Part shown: positions 24,352 to 40,461 of the stretch, piece by piece
How the letters are laid out: every line of letters begins with the position of its first letter
Numbering within the stretch: position 1 is the stretch's first letter
Program-made: the position numbers and the translations under genes
Assembly: GCA_951406725.2 (NCBI GenBank)
Contig: OX597827.1
Coordinates: 28,272,001-28,336,000 of the forward strand
DNA: 64,000 nucleotides
Origin: Octopus vulgaris
Taxonomy: Eukaryota
Reading direction: 5' to 3'
Notes under the pieces: model-generated
The model's database searches: none
Seen by the model: only the letters and a program-made list of their open reading frames with translations
Told to the model about the DNA's origin: nothing

Positions 24352-24499
24352 TAATAATAATAATAATTATTATTATTATTATTATTATTATGATTATTTT
24401 TTTTCTCAAGCATGCTTTACATTTACAAACGTATTTTTCGCCTATCATGCAAACAATTGATGTGCGGTTTCAATCCCATTCAAATTGATAATGTATTAG

Positions 24500-24662
24500 A
24501 AATAAGGACTGGAGTTTGGGAAGTGGAGGGGGTAAATTAATTACATCGACCCAATGTGCAATTAGTAGTAATTTAATTGATCCCGAAAGGAATGAAAAGT
24601 CGAAGTTGACCTCGGTCGCATTTGAACTCAGAATATAAAGCCAACAGAAGCGCCCCTAAGCA
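24500..24662 (-). mobile_element. SINE family B fragment
   Basis: Reverse-complement match to 6318-6520 (GAAAAGTCGAAGTTGACCTCGG..ATTTGAACTCAGAA). Confidence 0.7.
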
Positions 24663-25816
24663 TATATTTAAGATATATTTATGATGTTAATCGGAATGCT
24701 GAACAAACATAATAATGTATTGTAACATAAATGTATTATAAATACTTTAAGTTATCTGTAAATGAATGTAATAAATTGTTTTTTGGAGATCCGTTCAGGT
24801 CAAGTATTCAAATGCAATTGGAACACCTAATACAGCATTCTGAACATCCATAATGTTGAAACATGCTTAGGAACTAAGATTAACGTGTGCTTGTATAATA
24901 TATGTAAAATATTAAATTATGATATATTATAATCCTAACTGGCATATTGAACAAACGTACAACGGTACATCAGATGTCCCTTAAGTAGTTACTCCCTACC
25001 CCGGCGTAATGAAAGGAAAATAGCAGTAATTGCTTAGGCTTGTTATGAACCCTAAAACTGAGAACGCTAGATATTACTACGGTTTCCATAGCATAGAAGT
25101 GAATACGATTACAACACTATCCTCCAAACGGGAAGCCGCTCCGTCGAGAGTTAATATTGCTGAATTTATTTGCCCAAGGACATTTACAATCCGTTATGTC
25201 CGGAAATCAAAACCATAATCTTAGGATCCGACTATAATATCCTATCTCATTGGTCACGCGTCCTTTTCTCAGCAGTGATGCACAAGGTTAAAATCAATCG
25301 AACTTACTTTCCTAAAAAGATTTCATTTTGAGGAATTAATAACCAAATTGGGTTCGGTAATTGATATTTCTTCTTGTTAGACTATCTAACTTTGTGTTTT
25401 AACGTTTTTATTCAAATTTTGATAGTGATAAAAACTGGCAATTTTCGTAATCCGAAATAGAATGCAGGGCATCTGAAATTTAATTACGAACAGAAACTGG
25501 AATTGAAGAAACACTCTCATTTCTACTGTTCACATTCAGAATCATCCATTTCTATCTGGATCCGGGACGAAAGTTCGTTCTTGGAGATAAATACCTTTTC
25601 GAGACGTCACAGTCATTCCACGCTATCTGGTCCTACCGAGAGAGGTGAACACTTTGTAATTGTTCATAAAAAGCATGGATGAATGCATCTCAGAAGTTGT
25701 AGTCTCACCCATGTCTATTACATTATATCAAATGACGACCTAAAGACGTGAAATAAGTGACTTCAGTTTCAAACATCTGCTAAATCGTGCACATTTAACA
25801 AGCAACGTTAACGATC

Positions 25817-25985
25817 TTTTCTGCTATTGGCACAAGGCCTGAAATCGGGGGGGGGGGAGGTAGTCGATTATATCGACCCCAATACTCAACTGGTACTTAT
25901 TTCATCGATCCACAAGAATGAAAGACAAGATCGACCTCCGCAGAATTTTAAGTTAGATCGTAAAGGCGGAAAGAATGCTGCTTAA
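25817..25985 (-). mobile_element. SINE family B copy
   Basis: GGCACAAGGCCTGAAAT-(G)n-GTCGATT..ATCGACCCCAATACTCAACTGGTACTTA is the reverse complement of the family B tail. Confidence 0.78.
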
Positions 25986-27190
25986 CTCATAAAGCGCTGG
26001 GATTTGCATTTATATGGCATGGGCTGCTGAGCACATTCTATGAAAATGAGACTACATGCACACAAAAAAAAAAAAAAAATTAGTTAAAATATATCTTCTT
26101 AGTAAATAATGGTGGCAAGTTTTACATCATCTGAAGAGTCATTAGTTGAACTATTACTACTCTTGCATTCTGGGGAGTATCAGAGCGTTTGAGTGACATT
26201 AGACCTCAACAAACGCCCATAAATTAAATGCATCTATATGGGCCACGATGGTGGCCTGTCGACTTGTGCCTGACGGCCACGATCGTGGTCCATCACGCTT
26301 TATGTATTAACATTTTGTTCAGCATGCTAACGATTTTCCAGCGAACTGTGCTCACCAACTTTTAATAATATGGTAAGCAGATGAAACCGTAAGGTATGTT
26401 ATTAACCTTTCTCAGAAGAACCAGCTTTTAGCTTCTAAAGATTCTTAAAATTTCATCCAAAATGTTCTATTTTTTTAATGAATTTCACAGAATGCTGAAA
26501 TTTGTATTTTGCTTTTCAACAGATGTTCATGGGAAGAGGGGAATCCTTTGGACAAGGTTTGCAATGACTCTCCAACCACACCAGTTTTTCCAGGTACTTT
26601 TGTTGTTGCTGTTTTTTTTAATGCACTCCACCAACACCTTCTGCTCATTTCGGAACACATAATTGAAGAGACAGGTTGTGTATTATTTTGCTATGGATGA
26701 TGCTCGACTTTGTTATTGTTTATTTATTGCATTCTTTCTTTAAACTACAAAATTTGTATTTTCTGCTTCAACTTTCGTACTTCTTGTTATTGGGCTTCAT
26801 GTTATAAGACTTTTTCGTATTGTTCTTATTACTTTTATAACTGTTGCTGTCCGTGTCTTTGTTTTTGTTAAGTTCTTGTTATTGTCGTTGTTTTAGGTGA
26901 TTAAGCTGAGCACTTTGGTATCTCTCCTTCCCTTGCTATTGTCAGGCTAATCAGATCTTGAAGACTAGTAGTAGTTCTTGTCTTAGAACTCAAAGACAAT
27001 TGCTTCTCAGCTGCCTTTCTTCATTTGACAAAAGTTGGAGGAAGGTACGTACGTGTGTATTTGTGTCTGTGTCCATCGCTGTTACTTTCAATAAGGAGAA
27101 TCACTGCAGTAAGGATTCTTTAATTTGTTTCTGTGTTCTGTCGAGTGGCTGTCGCCCTTCAGTCGAAGTCGAGGCTACTACTACCCCATT

Positions 27191-27430
27191 GGAGGTGTGT
27201 GGCTTTGTGATTTGGAGTGTTGGACTCATAATCGTAAGATTGTGGTTTCAATTCCTGGACCGAGTGACGCCTTGTGTTTTCATTTCACGTTGCTCCAGTC
27301 TGCTCAGCTGGCAAAAATGAGTCATCCTGCAACGGACCGGCGTTCCGTACACCTGGAGAATATATACGCCATGTAAACCAGGACACCGGCCCCTATGGGT
27401 CGATATGACTCGAGAAGGTAACATTAACTT
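27191..27430 (+). mobile_element. tRNA-derived SINE family C
   Basis: tRNA-like head (TGGC..TG..GG...GGTTTCAATTCC) followed by a CORE-like TTGCTCCAGTC..CTCAGCTGGCAAAAATGAGT; a more decayed relative lies near 47420-47560. Confidence 0.6.
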
Positions 27431-30129
27431 TTCTACCTAACTTTATTACGACCGCTATTGTTGCCATTTTCGTGGTTACAGGGTTAGCAGCAATTTTAAT
27501 TTCTAGATGGTAAAGAGTCTGCTGGTGTTCAGTATTGCAGCACGAAAACCATTGGAACTCCTGCCCGCCATCACAATTCTTTAATTATGCACATTATTTA
27601 CACGATTCAAACTTGATTGTTGCTTTAACACGTTTTGGCTGTTGTTCGCTCCAGCCTTCTTCAGGTGTCTTGTGTGAAACTCGGTTCTTATATCGGAATT
27701 TTGAATCTTACCATTTCTTTTATACACTGGGGTACACTGGTTTCATTCCGCTTTCTACGTTTCGGGACATTTTTTCGCTTCAGGGATTTTTTTGTTGTGA
27801 ATTTAACTTAGTGCCTTGACTGGGATTGAACTCAATTCTTTAAATAGATGCGTCCGATGACTTTCAAGAGATTTCCACGTGTGAACAGTCTCTGGATCTG
27901 TGACCAGTTTTAGCGGTGAAGTGATATGGAGTTGCATACCTTTCTATTCTCCCTCATCACCATGACAAACACGTTCTTAATTTTGTCCTGTAAGTTGATC
28001 ACTCTCTTCCCTATTTATGGCGACAGGGGAGAACATGTGAATACCCCAACTTATAGTGTTCCGACATACCTCTTTCTCGAGTGTTACGTCGCTTTCTAAC
28101 AAATTAATGGAAAAATAAATCTCAACTTCAGTCGATTTATCAGACTTTACATCTGTCTCAACGAACAAATTTAAAAGCAAAATTATTTTAACGAAAAAAT
28201 ACCTAAGAGCCAATCAAAATATAAATGAAATTGGAAAATCCAGTCAAAATACAGGTGAAAATATATACAAACTATTTACTAAAACAGATGTAAGCTAATA
28301 AATGTTAGAAAATATTTTTTCGTGTTACATTTTTTCTTCTTTTCGAATCAATTCACATTTCCTGAAACCGATTACCGACGTAAGTTGAGAAATGCCTGTA
28401 CGTTCTTCAGAGTTGCATAGAAAAATGGTTATGTTTCTGGCATAGCCTCCATTGAAACGAAAGATCTTCCTCTCTCAACATTCCCTCGTTTTGGTCATGG
28501 GTCATGTGACACCTTGCAAAGTATTCAGGAAATTTAGGACTTTTCTGGCGATTGGGTTTGTCAACCCCATTGAATCGAAGCTTTTTGACTAGTATTAACG
28601 CATCCTCTTAAGTCTTCCTTTTGTTAATGATTCATGTCCGGCCAAGCGAGAGTTTCCTCCAGGAATTCATGGCACCTACTATAACGGATATATTTTGTTT
28701 CTTTTTGTAGTTCTTGGTTTTGCTCTTGTTGTCATATCTCTGTCATTGTAACATGACGAAGATGGTCGTAAAACTGTAGCTTTTTATGATGGTATTGGTG
28801 TTGGTTATTGTGGTGGCAATACGTTTGTTTTTGCTGTTTGTAATATGTTGTTGTTGATGTTGCTGCTAATGCTAGCCTCATAATTGTTGCTGCTGGGCGA
28901 TAATAATGGTCGTGTTATTGTCGTCCTTGCCACCGAAAATTCTATTGTCGTTGCTAACTTTTTACGTTGCTGTTGTCCTTCTTTCATGAGCTCTGCATGG
29001 TAGTAATAGATGCGTTTATGTTGGTAATGTTTGCGTTTATGGAAGTGAAACGGCGGCAATGCGATAGTGACATTCTTCCTGCTATCTCTCCATTTTCACT
29101 TGCTATCACGATAGACGCCATATTGTTGTTGTTTCTTTCTCTTAAAACATTCCAAAACACAAAAAATATTTTGACAAAGCAATTTTATCCCCTTAGGGGA
29201 TAATAAGTATACGAAACTGAAACCTCTGTCCGCACTTGTAGTCAACAACAAAACAAACAATAATTGAAGGTAACAAAAACACATCCAATAGGGAAAATAA
29301 ACAACAATTTTAAACAAAACTAATGGAGTGATGAAATCACGTGACACGTAGTCAGTTTGTTCGTCTTTACGATTATGTTTCGCATTTCACGATATCTATT
29401 TATTATTTATGTGGAGATTCTCTCAAGTATTGTAGACAGGAAAGAAATTTGAAGTTGAATTAATAATAATGGTGAGATGGGAAGAGGAAAAGATTTCTCT
29501 GGTTGTTAACCCTTAAATTCGTCAACCGTGAAATGAGTTCTGTCACTTCCAAGAAAGGTTCTGCCCTGCACGAAAACATACAACTTATTTTATTCCAAGT
29601 ATTAAAATTTTTTTCTTTTTTTGCTGCAAACCGGTTGCTACTTTCTTCATGAGCCAATAACAGAGATTTCTGTGCTAGAAATAGCTGCCAAGCGATGGCT
29701 TGGAGAAAATGGCAGCAACAGATTGGAATTGTGGAAGGAAGATAGCTGAGATCCAATTCGTTCGATCAGGTTGCGGTAGCGTAAATGGCCACAGTTCTAC
29801 AAATTCTAAACGGAAATGAGTTACCTTTATCACATTGATATTTCATATCTACCACGCGTCCAGGTTACTTAAATACTTTGTTAATGAGGAAGTCCAAGGA
29901 GGAAGGCAAACATCCATGAAACTTTACAGAAGATTCGAAATTGTTAAGAGTGAATCCAATTGCGTAGCTAAAGTAGTGTATTTCAAACGGAGTCTGTATG
30001 ACTTCTGAGGGTTCGTAAAACATTGGGGGGGAGGGGGGGCACATATGCAAAATAGTAAGTTGGAGATCTACAGTTGTATATTAACGATCCATGATGTTGT
30101 TGCTGTTGTTATTATTATTAATATTATTA

Positions 30130-30177
<48 letters not shown>

Positions 30178-30204
30178 GTAGTAGTAGTAGTAGTAGTAGT
30201 AGTA

Positions 30205-30317
30205 TTCAGTCACTGCCTGAAATCGAACTCGGAATTTTGGGGTTAGAAGCCCATGCTCCTATATACATACGTCATGACGTAGTGGTTAAGAGCGCGGGCT
30301 ACTAACCCCAAGATTCC

Positions 30318-30373
<56 letters not shown>

Positions 30374-30485
30374 TTGAAAAATGCCTTAGGATTGAGACCC
30401 CACGCTGGAGAGTTTATCAGCCGAAACGTTGTGCTAAAAATAAACAAGATGAGGACAAATATCCGTCAAATGTAAATAATGTATA
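30205..30485 (+). mobile_element. tRNA-headed repeat, rearranged (inverted head copy), with (TAA)n linker and the 3' half of a hammerhead motif
   Basis: GTAGTGGTTAAGAGCGCGGGCTACTAACCCCAAGATTCC on +; an inverted copy with box B (GAGTTCGATTTC) at 30205-30255; downstream GCTG-loop-CAGCCGAAACGTTGTG. Confidence 0.55.
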
Positions 30486-30575
30486 TAATGTAGCTATATT
30501 TCTTTCTCAAATGTTTTGCAGAATGCAACCGCCACAAATTCTGTCAATTCAATGGATCTCTATAAAGTAAGCACT

Positions 30576-30715
30576 GGCGTGGTTGTATGGTAAGTGTGCT
30601 TCTCAGCCACACGGGTCCGGATTCAGTTCCGCTACGTGGCACACTGGGCACGTCTCTCCTACTTTAGCCCGAACTGACCAAAGCCTTGTGAGTGGATAGA
30701 AAGAAGCCAATCGCA
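30576..30715 (+). mobile_element. SINE family A, 5' half
   Basis: GGCGTGGTTGTATGGTAAG...GGATTCAGTTCC...GACCAAAGCCTTGTGAGTGGAT. Confidence 0.75.
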
Positions 30716-30795
30716 TATACATATATATATGTGTGTGTATATACATATATATGTAATGGGATACTTATATATATATGTAATGGGATATATATGTA

Positions 30796-31932
30796 ATGGG
30801 ATACTTAGAAGAACAACTCTACCAAGAGGTGGAGGTAAACTATGGCACTGGATTTAGAAAGTATATTGAAAAGGCATGGAAGAGATACCTAGACGACTGT
30901 TTCATAATCTGGACAGAATCTCTAAATACTCTGGAAGAGTTCAATATCCTCCTGAACAACCTACACCCATCTCTCAAATTTACAAAGGAGATGAGTAGTA
31001 CCAAATTACCATTCCTGGATATAATGGTAATTAAAAAAGACACCACCATCACCACAGATATATACTATAAACACACAGACACACATCAATACCTAAATTT
31101 TAAGTCGTGCCATCCACCACATACAAAACGTAACATCCCATACTGCCTAGCCAGAAGAATTTGTACTATTGTAGAAGATGCAAATATCAGGAACAAACGC
31201 CTAATAGAACTAAGAGAATTTTTGCTCAAACAAAAATACCCATCTCTACTTATAGAAAATGGCATACAGCGGGCTATAAAAATACCTATACAACAACTTA
31301 GGACAACCCAAGGAAGAGGAAAACAAGAACAAGTCATACCATTCATAGTGACACACAACCCATGTCACCAGAATATCTTCAACATTGCCAAAGCAAACCT
31401 ACCAATCATTGCCCAAAGTAATGAATTAAAAGACATAATCAAGGATCGAGCTATGGTGCTTAGTAAAAGACAGCCTAAAAACTTGAAAACATTACTAACA
31501 AAGGCAAAATTTGACCTCAGCAACAAAGACCAAACATTCACGGTATCTAAATGCAATGATAGCCGATGTGGCACATGCCAATTCATACATACCGGTCAAT
31601 ATATAAACACAAAAACCGGGAAAATATTCACAAACGCGAATATGAACTGCAAAAGCAGAAATTTAATTTACTGCATCAAATGCCCAAATTGTGAAGAAAT
31701 ATATGTAGGTCAGACGGGAAACGCACTATTAGAACGCTCACGTGTACACCGGCAACAGATTAGAGACCCAGAGGTCCGTCAGATACCTTTGAGTAACCAC
31801 CTAGCAACATGTGGTCGGAAAATATATATAATATTTCCATTCTACAAATTACACAGCCCAAGTGAAATCGAGAGGAAAATCAGAGAAAAGAATTTTATTG
31901 ATAAATTCGAACCCAAGCTAAATAAGCAATAA
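30796..31932 (+). CDS. Penelope-like RT/GIY-YIG polyprotein, C-terminal 378 aa (uninterrupted, N-terminally truncated)
   Basis: [51 protein letters not shown]...YVGQT..L.ER..H, and E...I....P.LN. Confidence 0.85.
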   Translation: MGYLEEQLYQEVEVNYGTGFRKYIEKAWKRYLDDCFIIWTESLNTLEEFNILLNNLHPSLKFTKEMSSTKLPFLDIMVIKKDTTITTDIYYKHTDTHQYLNFKSCHPPHTKRNIPYCLARRICTIVEDANIRNKRLIELREFLLKQKYPSLLIENGIQRAIKIPIQQLRTTQGRGKQEQVIPFIVTHNPCHQNIFNIAKANLPIIAQSNELKDIIKDRAMVLSKRQPKNLKTLLTKAKFDLSNKDQTFTVSKCNDSRCGTCQFIHTGQYINTKTGKIFTNANMNCKSRNLIYCIKCPNCEEIYVGQTGNALLERSRVHRQQIRDPEVRQIPLSNHLATCGRKIYIIFPFYKLHSPSEIERKIREKNFIDKFEPKLNKQ

Positions 31933-32426
31933 TAATAATACTTAGAGGTATTACTTCCACTGCTACGACCATGACCACTAACAACAACAACAATACTAAA
32001 GGTGATCAAGACGAAGATAGCAGGAAAATTATCTTATTTAGGGTTAAAAGTTCTATTGCCACCACCATCACCACTAGCAACAATAATTAAGGTGCTGACA
32101 ATGATGATGATGATAATTGAAATATAAAAATATAAAAATCTCTGACAAAGGATATTTACAACATTTCTAAAAATAACCCAACAATTGCTGCTTCGGCCAG
32201 GGTCAAGATACAGGACTCTTGACCTGTCCAACAAAGCGTGATGCCTAAACCAATCAGCTCAACCAACCAATCAGCTTAAGTAATTGAGTGATACTACACA
32301 CTGATTGGTCAGAATACAGTTTGCAAAACCTAGCACTCTGGAGCCTACCCAGCTGTATTTATAGCACAGAATCACTCATCTTGCTACAGTCAAAAATTGT
32401 GAAGCATGACTGTCAACACTACTACA

Positions 32427-32471
32427 TGAACCCGAAGATTGCAGAATTCAATGCATGAAAGTACTAGTTCA
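32427..32471 (+). ncRNA. Minimal type I hammerhead motif (PLE family A; core U4>C)
   Basis: TGAAC CCGAAGA TTGCA GAATTCAA TGCAT GAAA GTAC TA GTTCA. Confidence 0.6.
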
Positions 32472-33307
32472 ATCAGAATGAATATTTAACATTCTACTAT
32501 TTCATTTTATTTTATTCAATTATAATATATTATCTTATAATATATCATTATAAGATTGTAAATAAAACGTGAAAATCAGACAAGGTTGGAATTCTTTGTT
32601 GCTAGGTGGTTACTCAAAGGTATCTGACGGACCTCTGGGTCTCTAATCTGTTGCCGGTGTACACGTGAGCGTTCTAATAGTGCGTTTCCCGTCTGACCTA
32701 CATATATTTCTTCACAATTTGGGCATTTGATGCAGTAAATTAAATTTCTGCTTTTGCAGTTCATATTCGCGTTTGTGAATATTTTCCCGGTTTTTGTGTT
32801 TATATATTGACCGGTATGTATGAATTGGCATGTGCCACATCGGCTATCATTGCATTTAGATACCGTGAATGTTTGGTCTTTGTTGCTGAGGTCAAATTTT
32901 GCCTTTGTTAGTAATGTTTTCAAGTTTTTAGGCTGTCTTTTACTAAGCACCATAGCTCGATCCTTGATTATGTCTTTTAATTCATTACTTTGGGCAATGA
33001 TTGGTAGGTTTGCTTTGGCAATGTTGAAGATATTCTGGTGACATGGGTTGTGTGTCACTATGAATGGTATGACTTGTTCTTGTTTTCCTCTTCCTTGGGT
33101 TGTCCTAAGTTGTTGTATAGGTATTTTTATAGCCCGCTGTATGCCATTTTCTATAAGTAGAGATGGGTATTTTTGTTTGAGCAAATATATACATATATAC
33201 ATATGTCATGAGGCTAGAATGTATGATTGTATGTGTGCGTGTGCGTGATGTGTGTATATATATGTGTTTGTTTTCCTACTAGGATTATTCGTTCGTCGTT
33301 GCGAGAT

Positions 33308-33350
<43 letters not shown>

Positions 33351-33579
33351 CAATGTAACTGCACACTTGCTTGGGCGATTTCTTTTCCCTCCTTGGAGTA
33401 ACCCTTCCTTTTTTCCGACAAAGAGCTATGCTCAAAACATCAAACCCTCTCTTTTTACCAAGCGTCAAGATAATTCCTCGTGCACGTCCTCTCCTTACCC
33501 ATAAATTTTATCATTCACTTTTTTATTGTATATTTGAATATACTTTTTCTCTCTTTCTCCCACTCAAGCTATGTATCAA

Positions 33580-36980
<3,401 letters not shown>

Positions 36981-37399
36981 TCACATTTTATATTAACCAT
37001 AAAACAGTCCACTGAAATATATTTTTTTTGTTTTATTTTATTTTACTCTATTTGTATCATTGCTTACTGCTAACAAAACGTTCCTCAACAAATATATGGA
37101 ACTACTAAATATTTCATAATGTGATTCGTATTCCGCAGATGAAAAAGAAACAAAACGAAAAAAAAAAGAAAAAAAATATAGCCTATAACGAAGGAATAGA
37201 TACTCCATATAACCTAACATATAAAGTCTTCAAATGTATTTACTATAGATTTTTTTTTACTATTCGGAAAATAAATATCAATTGTTAAGTACGGATATAT
37301 AGAAATTTAGAAATAAGTTCTCGTGAATATATACACGCAATAAAAGAAAAAAAAAGCAGGCATGCATACGTAATATGTGAATACATCATTGATTCTTTA

Positions 37400-37611
37400 T
37401 TAGTTGCAGTCATTAGACAGCGGCCATGCTGGGTCACTACTTTGATTAATGCTTTTGTAGTCGAATGAATCGATTCCCTTTTTTCTCCTAAGCTTCGAAT
37501 TTATTCTCTTGGTGTCTTTTGCTGAACCGCTAGCTTGCTAGTACTTAAACACACCAACATTGGTTGTCCAGAGGTAGTGGTGGTGGTGGTGGGGAGAAAC
37601 AGAGAGAGAAA

Positions 37612-37649
<38 letters not shown>

Positions 37650-38230
37650 TATAAATTTATATATATACGGCAGGCTTCTTTTCAGTTTCCGTCTACCGAA
37701 CCCACACATAAATCTTTGGTCCGCCCGAGGCTATAGCAAAAGGCGCTTGCCCAAGGTGCCATGGTGTGGAACTGAACCCGAAACATTATGCCATATATGT
37801 ATATGTATATCTATATGGATGTATATGTCGTTGCTATTATGTTAAACTGTCGTATGTCCAAATTTGGCCAAATGCATTTTTTATCAAGATTTAATTTTGC
37901 TTCAAATAGCCGGTTCTTTTGGCCAAACTATCGTATCTCCAACTGCTATAGTACTTATTCTACCTGCCAATTTTGCCGAACCGCTAAGTGACGCTAAGTT
38001 AAACACACCAGCATCGATTGTCAAGAGATATTAGTGGGTGGGTGGGTGGGGGGACAAACACAAACGCACAAGCATATACACACACATTCATATATATACA
38101 TATATACGACGGGCTTCTTTCAGTTTCCGTCAACCAAATCCATTCACAAGGTTTTGGTCGGACCGAGGCTATAGTAGAAGACACTTGCCACGCAGTGGGA
38201 TTGAATCCGGAGCCATGTGGTTCGTAAGCG
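37400..38230 (-). mobile_element. Two SINE family A copies (~37400-37790 and ~37950-38230)
   Basis: CGGCCATGCTGG, CTTCTTTCAGTTTCCGTC, CGAGGCTATAG and TGGGA(C/T)TGAA(C/T)CCG all match 59052-59450. Confidence 0.82.
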
Positions 38231-38925
38231 AATACATACATATATATATACATTATATATATATATATTATATATATATATATATACATATACAGTGAGA
38301 GAGAGGGAAGTGGGATGAGGAGACCTAGCTATACACGCATGCACACACACACACACATACGCACACACACACACACATACACATACACATGTTGGATAGA
38401 AGTAAGGTAGTTGATTATTAACTAGGTATTTATCGAATTTTACACGAATGCTCATAATACCTGCATAATGTAGAATAACAACCAGGAGAGTGTATGCGCA
38501 CATGCATCATTAAATTAATTGGCCAAGGCTGGCGTTTCTCCCGCGAGGATTGGAATTCGACAACGCTCCAAAAGTATAAAAATCGAAAGGAAAGCGTAGT
38601 TTCTGTAATAATTATTAAAAGGGACATAACTCTGAGAGTATTACATTTAGAAACGATAGTATGGACATGGGAAAGAAATTTTTAATAAATTCTCGTTAAT
38701 TATAATTAATTATATACATAATTAACAACAAGTCATTAAATCTTTCCTTCCCTCGATAATTATCGGCCTTTTTCTATCTAAGGCTCGTAATTAACTCAAG
38801 ATTAATGCGTACGTACGTACGTACGTACGTAAGTATGTATGTTTGTATGTATGTATGTATGTATGTATGTATGTATGTATGTATGTATGTATGTATGTAT
38901 ATATGTATGTATGTATGTATGATGG

Positions 38926-38974
<49 letters not shown>

Positions 38975-39193
38975 GCCTGTTTGTCTGCCTGTTTATCTAT
39001 ATTGCTACACACACACACACACACATATGTATATATAAATTATTTGTGAGTGTGAGATCGTGATACTGTATAAGTATTTATAGATAAGTGAAGATATTTA
39101 TATATTCAAAATACCTACACACACATACACCTATATTCATAAATATATACATGTGTATGTATATATATATATATCATACACACACACACACAC

Positions 39194-39271
<78 letters not shown>

Positions 39272-40017
39272 GTACATATATATATAAGCACACACACACA
39301 CAAACTCATATCTGCACACTTGCACGTGCTCTCATTACTCTTGGGTTGACTACGAACATTAATGAAAGACAAAAACGGGAGTGGAGGGCGATCAAGAATT
39401 TATTTAACGATACGGCGTTAATTATGCATGCTGTTAATTATAATTAACATTGTTAATTATAATTAACAATTCGTTAAATATCCCTTTCTCTCCCTCATTA
39501 CCTTCCTCATTAAATCTAATGCACTAATAGTTATCTACTTGTAAATCATGACGCACCCTACGCGCTGTTTGTGCAACCTCTACTCATCAGCCCTAGGTCC
39601 AAGTTTCTCTCCGACGTCTTTGGATAATATTGCTCATTCAATAAGATGTGTAGCTATTCGATAAACTGGTTTGAATCGCTGGAAAATCTTGAGAAGCATT
39701 ACATTTACTAATGGGCATTTAGAAGTAACTGCAGAAATATCTATAGCATTTTCATGACGGAGTACAAATGTAGTTGGTACCGTGAAGTTATTTAAATCCA
39801 GTGACGCAAAAACTGACGTTTATTCTAGAGTATTCTGTATGTTGACATTGTAGTATTTGTCTCTTTGGTGTTGTCCGTATTGCAGGTAGATAAATTGATT
39901 GTGTATTTAAAATATTTAATATATATCCGCTATAGCAATTAGGCAGAAAGATTCTATACACAAATATACACATACATAAATACACAGAGAATGTTAGTAG
40001 TAGTTTAGCTGGCGGAC

Positions 40018-40075
40018 TTTGACTGAAGAGAAATCAGGCACCTATCTGGCGCTAAATTTCGAAACCGGTACCAGG
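40018..40075 (+). ncRNA. Type I hammerhead ribozyme, unit 1
   Basis: TTTGA CTGAAGA GAAAT-21nt-ATTTC GAAA CCGG TA CCAGG; full core, 5-bp stem II, palindromic stem III; A-C mismatch at the first stem I pair. Confidence 0.72.
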
Positions 40076-40461
40076 ATGACCAGCATTTGCTTCTTCTGAC
40101 CCATTTGAGTAAGACATTATTATTGTTCACTGATATATCTTCTGTAATGTCTGTAATGGATTTGTGACTATTCGGTGGTACAAAAGTATTTTTTGACTTC
40201 TATCTTTAGCGATATAGGTACTCATGTAGTACCCTTCTGTATATATGTATATATCTAATATTGTATGTATATATTTTATTAATTTGCCTGTACGGCTGAT
40301 AATTCGCTTACCACTCGTGATGGTATTTTAATAATACCATCCCTATATTTATTTATAAATAATTTTACACATTTCGTTTGTTCCTACAGTGCTTGGTCAC
40401 TTCAAACGAACTTTTGTAGGCTTGATGGGGGAGAATGTTAGTAGTAGCTTAGCTGGTGGAC

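Larger units (their letters stand above)
30793..33185 (+). mobile_element. Penelope-like element family A: 5'-truncated ORF (RT C-part + GIY-YIG), 3' region and inverted partial copy
   Basis: ORF 30796-31932; non-coding 3' region to ~32596; 32597-33185 is an inverted copy of 31221-31809. Confidence 0.93.

Noticed and set aside
28010-28030. PBS-like TGGCGACAGG
   Set aside because: No recognisable LTR pair or gag/pol sequence nearby.
30270-30320. tRNA gene candidates (also the SINE heads at 59380-59450 and 27191-27265)
   Set aside because: Truncated or lacking a full cloverleaf; these are SINE heads.
39560-39600. CTGATGAG on the minus strand
   Set aside because: No stem II or GAAA partner; not a hammerhead.
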